64,000 nucleotides of DNA from Selaginella moellendorffii (taxonomy: Eukaryota > Plantae > Lycopodiophyta). Below the pieces are notes generated by a model. It saw only the letters and a program-made list of their open reading frames with translations, did not search any database and was not told the origin of the DNA. The position numbers were made by a program, and so were the translations under genes. Shown here piece by piece: positions 57,910-64,000 of the stretch (its first letter is position 1; each line of letters opens with the position of its first letter). Where the stretch lies: contig NW_003314265.1 in assembly GCF_000143415.4 (NCBI RefSeq), positions 1,508,446 through 1,572,445 on the forward strand. The letters are read 5' to 3'.

Positions 57910-57938
<29 letters not shown>
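57910..57938. repeat. (CT)n microsatellite
   Basis: Direct reading. Other SSRs: (GT)n ~13440, (TG)n(TA)n ~53323-53356, (GATT)n ~60152, (CA)n ~60255, (CT)n ~61731 and ~61911. Confidence 0.95.
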
Positions 57939-57940
<2 letters not shown>

Positions 57941-59938
57941 GTTCATGACCTGCAAAAGCATGCAGAAAGGGATGGGAGTGTGCTGGTAATTCGTTCTATC
58001 CTTTCCCAACTCTACAACTCTTGCTCCTAAAAGAACTGTAGAAAGGAGTGAGAAACAAGCACAAGTATCCAAAAGGTTGGTAGAGAGGAGAGGGACCAAC
58101 ACAAATCACACACATTGTTTGTCTGTCACCAAACTCGCAGCTGCAGCAGGAAGAAGTGGAGGAGCCTTTTTCTGCGCCTTTTCTTTCATTGTCGCTCTTG
58201 GGGGCATAGTCTTCGTCAAAAATGCGATTTCAAGGCAACAAACAAGCGGTTGTTGGCATCATCCAGTTGTGGCATTACGAGGCTGACATCCCCATCCTGT
58301 TCCCTTGGAGAAATCGTGGAATCTTTTCTCTCCAAGCCAGTGCGCTCTCCAGATCCAAGCTTGTTTTCATTACTATACGTTCATTTCATCGTTTGAAGTG
58401 CGGACGAAGCCTCACACAGCGAATGGCCCAAACTCACACGGAACCCTTCGGTCTCATGTTTCATGGGCTTTGTAAAAACTGATTTCTACTTGTTACTCCA
58501 AATTAGAGATTTAAGTCTTTGCTTTTTTTTTTTTCTTTGTTTTCACCCTCTTTGCTGCTGCTGCCCAGGGACCAATGAACACAGGTATGCAGCTCAGCGA
58601 GTCAGAGGCAGCAAAGCAAGGCCCCTGCTCATCGTTTTGTCGCTTTGGGGACGATTTACGATATAACCTGAAAGCTGCAAAGTCCGCGTCAATCCACAGC
58701 GAGGGGAGAAAAATGTGCACTCCCTCCAATTCAACTACGAGACAGCCTTTTGCTTGGCTCTTTCTTCTCCCAAAATTACAAAAGCCAAAAGGATTTCAGG
58801 CAAACAATTCTTTCCCCAACCTACCTTTCCATTGAATTCCTCGAGTTACCTTTACTAGCAAAGAGACGATATTATGGAATGGCCGGGTCAAAGCGGCCAA
58901 ATTGTCGTCTTTGCGTCCCTCCCGGAAAAAAAGTTGGCGGCCCGGGAAGTGAAACCAACCTATGGTCAAACAATCTCTGTTTTTCTTTTAGAGTTTCTGG
59001 GTGGTGGTAGGTGAAGGGATGATGAATGTGATTCCATTACTGTTTCTATATGTGATCCTTGTCACAATCCTCGTAATCCACATTATGAGCCACCGCCGCC
59101 TCCTCGCATTCATTCGTATTTTGTTTCGTGGTCATGCTTTGAAATCAAATGTGCATGGCTCTCCGGAGCCGGTCCCATGCCCAAACGGGCGCTGTGGTGA
59201 TTGTAAGGACATCTATCTATCCATCTCGGTACAAATTTACAAAGGTGGCGGAGAACGAAGAAAGAGATAACTTACAAAGGTGGTGGAGAACAATTTTTTT
59301 TTTCTTTTCTTTTTTTCCAAAGATCCCCTTTTCTCTCTCTCTCTTTTGTGTGAGAATATATGGAAGGGTCTAAAGTGTTTGCTCCACTTGTGAGCCCAAA
59401 ATCCCATTTCTTCCCTCTTGCTCGTGATTGTCTGGCTTTTGGGCCACGCGCTGCTGCAAAGCAGCGAGCCGATCGATCCCCTGCTCGATTCCTGCCGGCT
59501 CAGGCCCTAGATATTTCTGGCGGGGAAGCGAGTCGAAACCCAAACCCCACCATTGTCTGTCGGCGTCAACGCCATGTGCCCTCCATCAAGGTCTCCCTGG
59601 CATATCCATTCAATATTCCACCTCCAGTGTTCCATGAGCTCCGGCAAAACATAAATACTCTATGCGAACTTGGGAGCATCGCTTTGGCCCACATCCATAT
59701 TGTCTCCATCCTTCTGGTTGTTTAGTATTTTTTCTTCTTATTTTTCCTTGATCATGTAGCTTGGGAGATTTGGAAAGTATGAGGAAAGAGGAGGAATTTC
59801 TAGAGAGATCAAGCGAGATCACACAAATCTCTCCAGATTTTCAATCCACAAAGAGGAAGGCTTGTTGTCGCTCTCGCAAATAATACCGGTGTGGCTCTTT
59901 GACCACAAAAGAGTGGCTTCTATCTTAGATCTTAAAAC

Positions 59939-60036
59939 ACCACCATAGCCGCCACCATCACCACTACCACCACCATAGCCGCCACCATCACCACTACCAC
60001 CACCATAGCCGCCACCATCACCACTACCACCACCAT
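59939..60036. repeat. 27-bp tandem repeat x3 (ACC-rich)
   Basis: accaccatagccgccaccatcaccact repeated essentially perfectly three times. Confidence 0.92.
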
Positions 60037-61907
60037 CTCACCGCCACACCAAGAAAGCAAGCAATCCATAGACAATGACAACAATCCCTTCGCTTTATCA
60101 TCTTTCCAGCCCAGAATTCCGCAAAGCCATGCCCGTCCATTCTGGAGCCTTGATTGATTGATTGATTGATTGATTGAATGGCTTCCATTAGAAGAAGAAT
60201 CACGGGCGAAACAAGGGCAAGCATGGTGGCACACTTTAGAAGCTCTTTAGAAGAACACACACACACACACACACAAAGAAAAACTGTGTGACACTGTCGT
60301 GTGGATTGATGAATCCATTGACCGGATGGAATGAATTCCCGCAAACCACCCCAGCTGTGGCGGTCAACGTCACACAGCCTTCTTTAAATGGCTAGTCCAC
60401 GCTTCTGGCTTCGTTAAATGGCTTCCCTTTTTGCCCTTGCAAAATGGCGGGAAAATGCGAAGGCATATCCTATGTACGGAAAAGATTCCCTCTCCCAGCA
60501 TATAGTGAAGTGATAGATTGATCCAAGGTGCTCTTTTAGATGCCATATTGGGGGATCATTCGACCATGGAGCATTACCTAGATCGAAGACAAATCAAACA
60601 GGGGAAATTCTCTCTTTTTTTTTCCGTATATACTGATTTTGCAAAGAATGATCACATGCACTCCGAACACTTTTTTTCTTGCTCTCTTTTTTTTCCCTTG
60701 TTGGAAACACACTTCGCCGACATGAGTACAGACAGCTACGGCGAATGCGCCGTGCAATAGAATTTTGCCCTAACTCAAAGGTGGCATTGTTCCTCGTCCT
60801 GTGCACTTTGGCCATTTAGAACATTGATACTTACCGTGTCACATGCTTGGGTCGTGAGCGAGAACTATAAGCTATCTATATCTATACATTAAAGTTTCTT
60901 GCGGTGAAAGGAAGAGTGGATCGGATCTGGGGCGATTGGGCTGGCGGGTGGCGGCCCCCCTTGCGCGAGAAATTTTCCCCCCATTCAATCCGGGGGGACG
61001 ATGGTCATGATCGCTTCCGGCGTGGCCTGGTTTTTAGGGTTCTTAAAAGCCTCTGTTTCTAGGGCTGCCGTGGCCGTTATCTTTCTTCCGTTGGGTGGGG
61101 TTCGAATCGCGGGGAATAAATACCGCCCCCACACGCCCTTGCGTTTCCACCGCGCCTCTGCTAAGGACACCGGCCTCTAGAAACACGAGGCTCCACTTCT
61201 CCACACGACTCTAAAAACGAAGAGAAATCCACAGACCTACAGTACACTGTTACTTCCTCCTACCTCGCTCCTGCCCTGTCTCGATCTCTCGGGAGGGGGA
61301 GAGAGGGAGAGAAAGAAAGCGAGCGAGCGATCGATAAACAAGGGGAAACAGGGGAGAGGAGAGGAGAGGAGGGCGGGGCTCGAGCTAGAGATCCTGGGTG
61401 TCTGGGCCCAAATTTTGGCAGCTGGAGCGCGGAATTCGGAGGAGGCGATCGAGGATAAGCAACCCTCTTGCGGGATGGATCAAATTTGATCGACGGGCAG
61501 CGGATTGACCGCTGGATCCAGCGCCAGGCTCCCTCCCCTGTTCTTGCCCTTCCTCGTTGTTGTTGTTGGTGCATTGCTGCTTCCGCCAGGTCCCTCGGCA
61601 GATCAGAGACAGGCCCATGCCTTTCCTTGGTCGTCGAATTGCGTGCCCGCAAATCTCTCCCCTCTCCTCCATCTTCTGCTAATGCTTCGCCGCGCCCCCG
61701 CTAGCGCTTCCACACTGTAGAGTCTCCTCCCTCCTCTCTCTCTCTCTCTCTCTCCTTCCTAGATAGATAGAGTGAGCGAAGAGAGCGCCAGCCAATGCTT
61801 TGATAGGAGAAAGGAAAGGATAGCTTACGCGAAGAAGCTATCGCTATGGCCGCCGCGTCAATGCGTTTGTCGCCCATTCACGCTTAGCAGCGCAGAGCTT
61901 TGGTGGG

Positions 61908-61938
<31 letters not shown>

Positions 61939-62119
61939 GATCTCGATCTCTCGGGGCGGATTCGGGGATCGGATTTTGGGCGGTTTAAAAAATCTATCGC
62001 TGCTCTTCGTTCTTGTGTTCTTCCGTTGCTCTCCATCCCCACGAATTCTACAGTGATGCTGCTCCGGTGAGCAGCGAAGGAAGAGAAATCGGTGGCAGTG
62101 GAATGCGGAGGAGATCAAA

Positions 62120-63496
62120 ATGGGTGGCGTCTCCAACACCATCACCACCACTGCCACCATCACCACCACCACCAACAACAAGTGCTTCTCCTCCGATTCC
62201 ACGCTCGTGAATCCTCCTCCTCCCCCACCACCTCCGCCACCACCGTCCTCCGCCGCCGCGCTGGATCTCAACAGCCCGCCGCCCAGCCGCCTCAGCAGCC
62301 GCGCGAGCAGCAGCAGCAGCAGCAGCAGCAGTCCCCCGCGGAGTATCGGCGGCGGCGGCGGCGTAGTGGCGGAGGCCGAGCCTAGCACCGCCAACGGTGG
62401 CGGCGCTGCCAGTGGCGGTACCTGTCAGGCCGCGAAGAAGCCCGCCTCGCCGGTGGCTGCCGAGGCGGAGGCCATCAAGCAGCAGCTCGCCGCCACCACT
62501 TTCATCCAGGCGGACGTTCTCACGTTCCGCGAGGTCGTCCAGAAGCACACGGGCGCCGCGGAGGATGCCCAGGACAAGATGCCCGTCACCGTCCCCGCGA
62601 GGCAATCCGGCGGATCCAAAAACCACCACCAACACCAGCAGCACCAGCAGCAGCAGCAGCAGCAAATCGCTTCCCAGCCCGCGGATCCGCCGGGCAATGC
62701 GGTAGCAACGTCGGCGGCGGGACCGGGAGCGGTACCGCACGGTACCGCCGGCGGCATGCCGCTGCGGCGCCACATGTCGCGGCTGCACGAGCGCAAGCAG
62801 AACAACCTGCGCAACCTGGATATCAACCGCGGGTCGCCCTTCAAGCGCACCGGCTGCTCGCCCCGCGGCTCCGACGTGTCGCCCAAGCTCGTCTACAGCG
62901 ACGCGCTGCACACCGCCGCCGCCGCCGCGGGCGGGCTCCTCCCCAGCCCCGTCACGCCGCTCTCCTCCGAGGCCTCGTTCGAGACGAGCAATCCCCAGCG
63001 GCCGCACCACCACTTGCAGCCGCCGCTCACGCCCACCGAGCTCCTCCGCCAGAGCTTCGATCGGAGCTTGCATTGCAGCGATGATCTCAAGTCTCCACCG
63101 CCGCCGCCACCCCCGCCGCCGCCGGTCCACCACCAGCCAAACGGGATCGTGGCGTCGCCAGCGGCCAACGGTGGCGGCGTTTTCGAGCGCTTCCCATTCC
63201 ACCACCACGGTATGATTCTCCATACCCAGCAGCAGCAGCAGCCGCAAGCGGTGGTGGCGACTCATCTCCAGCTCGGAAATCCTCACCACCTCCACCACCA
63301 CCCCGCGGCCGCCGCTCACCATCTCCACCACCACCACGTCGCCGCCACCAATCAACACTTTGTCTACGAGCACCACCACCAGCAGTTCCAGGAGATCCAG
63401 CACCACCAACAGTTCCAGCACCACCATCTCCAGCGGGAGCCCGAGCTCTTGGATCTCTTCCCGGTCCACGCCACAAGCTTCAAGGATCGATCATAG
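62120..63496 (+). CDS. VQ-motif protein (VQ4/MVQ1-like, MAPK-substrate type); intronless, His/Gln/Pro-rich
   Basis: TTFIQADVLTFREVVQKHTG, LHERK, LLPSPVTPL and C-terminal PELLDLFPV. Confidence 0.88.
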   Translation: MGGVSNTITTTATITTTTNNKCFSSDSTLVNPPPPPPPPPPPSSAAALDLNSPPPSRLSSRASSSSSSSSSPPRSIGGGGGVVAEAEPSTANGGGAASGGTCQAAKKPASPVAAEAEAIKQQLAATTFIQADVLTFREVVQKHTGAAEDAQDKMPVTVPARQSGGSKNHHQHQQHQQQQQQQIASQPADPPGNAVATSAAGPGAVPHGTAGGMPLRRHMSRLHERKQNNLRNLDINRGSPFKRTGCSPRGSDVSPKLVYSDALHTAAAAAGGLLPSPVTPLSSEASFETSNPQRPHHHLQPPLTPTELLRQSFDRSLHCSDDLKSPPPPPPPPPPVHHQPNGIVASPAANGGGVFERFPFHHHGMILHTQQQQQPQAVVATHLQLGNPHHLHHHPAAAAHHLHHHHVAATNQHFVYEHHHQQFQEIQHHQQFQHHHLQREPELLDLFPVHATSFKDRS

Positions 63497-64000
63497 CAGA
63501 GCGTCAAATTCTTATTTTTGTTTTGGAAGAACTTTGGTCTCAGGAGAAGCAAAGGGAGGGTTTCGATCTTCCAAGAGGAAGTTAGAAAGCATATGCCGCT
63601 TGTGGGCATCTTTGAAATATTTTACCACCATCAATTTCACTCACAACTCGCTTCTTTGCTTTCGTTTTTTTGTCATTGTTTTCGTTTCCTTTTGTCTCCC
63701 TTCGAAAGGTTCTGGGTTTTATGGTCTTCTCGTTGAATTGGTTTCGTCTTTTTTTCCTTCGTCCAAAAATTCATTGGCCACTCCTCTAGAAGCTCCCAAA
63801 ACTTCCACTGGCATTTGGACCAGCGCGGAGTAAGCTTGTCAACTTGGTCTTGTTTTTGTTGCTTGCTTGGCGTGTTTGCTTCTTCTTTTCCACCTCGTTG
63901 CTGTCCCTCGTTTGCTCGCTTCGCATTGCCTTCTCCAGTGTATTCCCTTGTTTGATCGTTTTGCATTGCCTTCTCCGCTGGATCGAGCAGAGACTTTTCT

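Overview
Gene-dense nuclear DNA from a non-seed land plant, most consistent with the lycophyte Selaginella (inferred from 45-95 bp introns, GC-rich exons, intergenic gaps often under 200 bp, and PLS-class PPR genes with long L-motif inserts). About 22 protein-coding genes: RPL13a (3'-truncated), an intact PLS-E PPR, VIR3-like protease, GONST3/GGLT1, AAF/SPA15-like, an unknown conserved protein, ABA4, PPOX1, PELOTA, an atypical bacterial-looking PGK, a Rossmann-fold gene with a U12 AT-AC intron, two disordered proteins, an ATX3/4/5-type H3K4 methyltransferase, a type-D LTP, DUF2062-like, ICMT-family, a GH17-X8 glucanase with an E->Q acid/base, GLXI-like, VIN3-like, golgin-84 and a VQ protein. 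Also a PPR pseudogene, tRNA-Glu(CUC), three AT-rich CpG-poor decayed islands with repeats, and a 100-N gap. The most striking observation is three adjacent genes at 30.5-40.7 kb: the ATX methyltransferase plus two non-catalytic disordered paralogues that end in the same ATX3/4/5 N-terminal motif (RSKRGRxxxLPxR[FL]xxSV), suggesting a decoy/adaptor module. Exon boundaries were read by eye, so coordinates may be off by a few bases.
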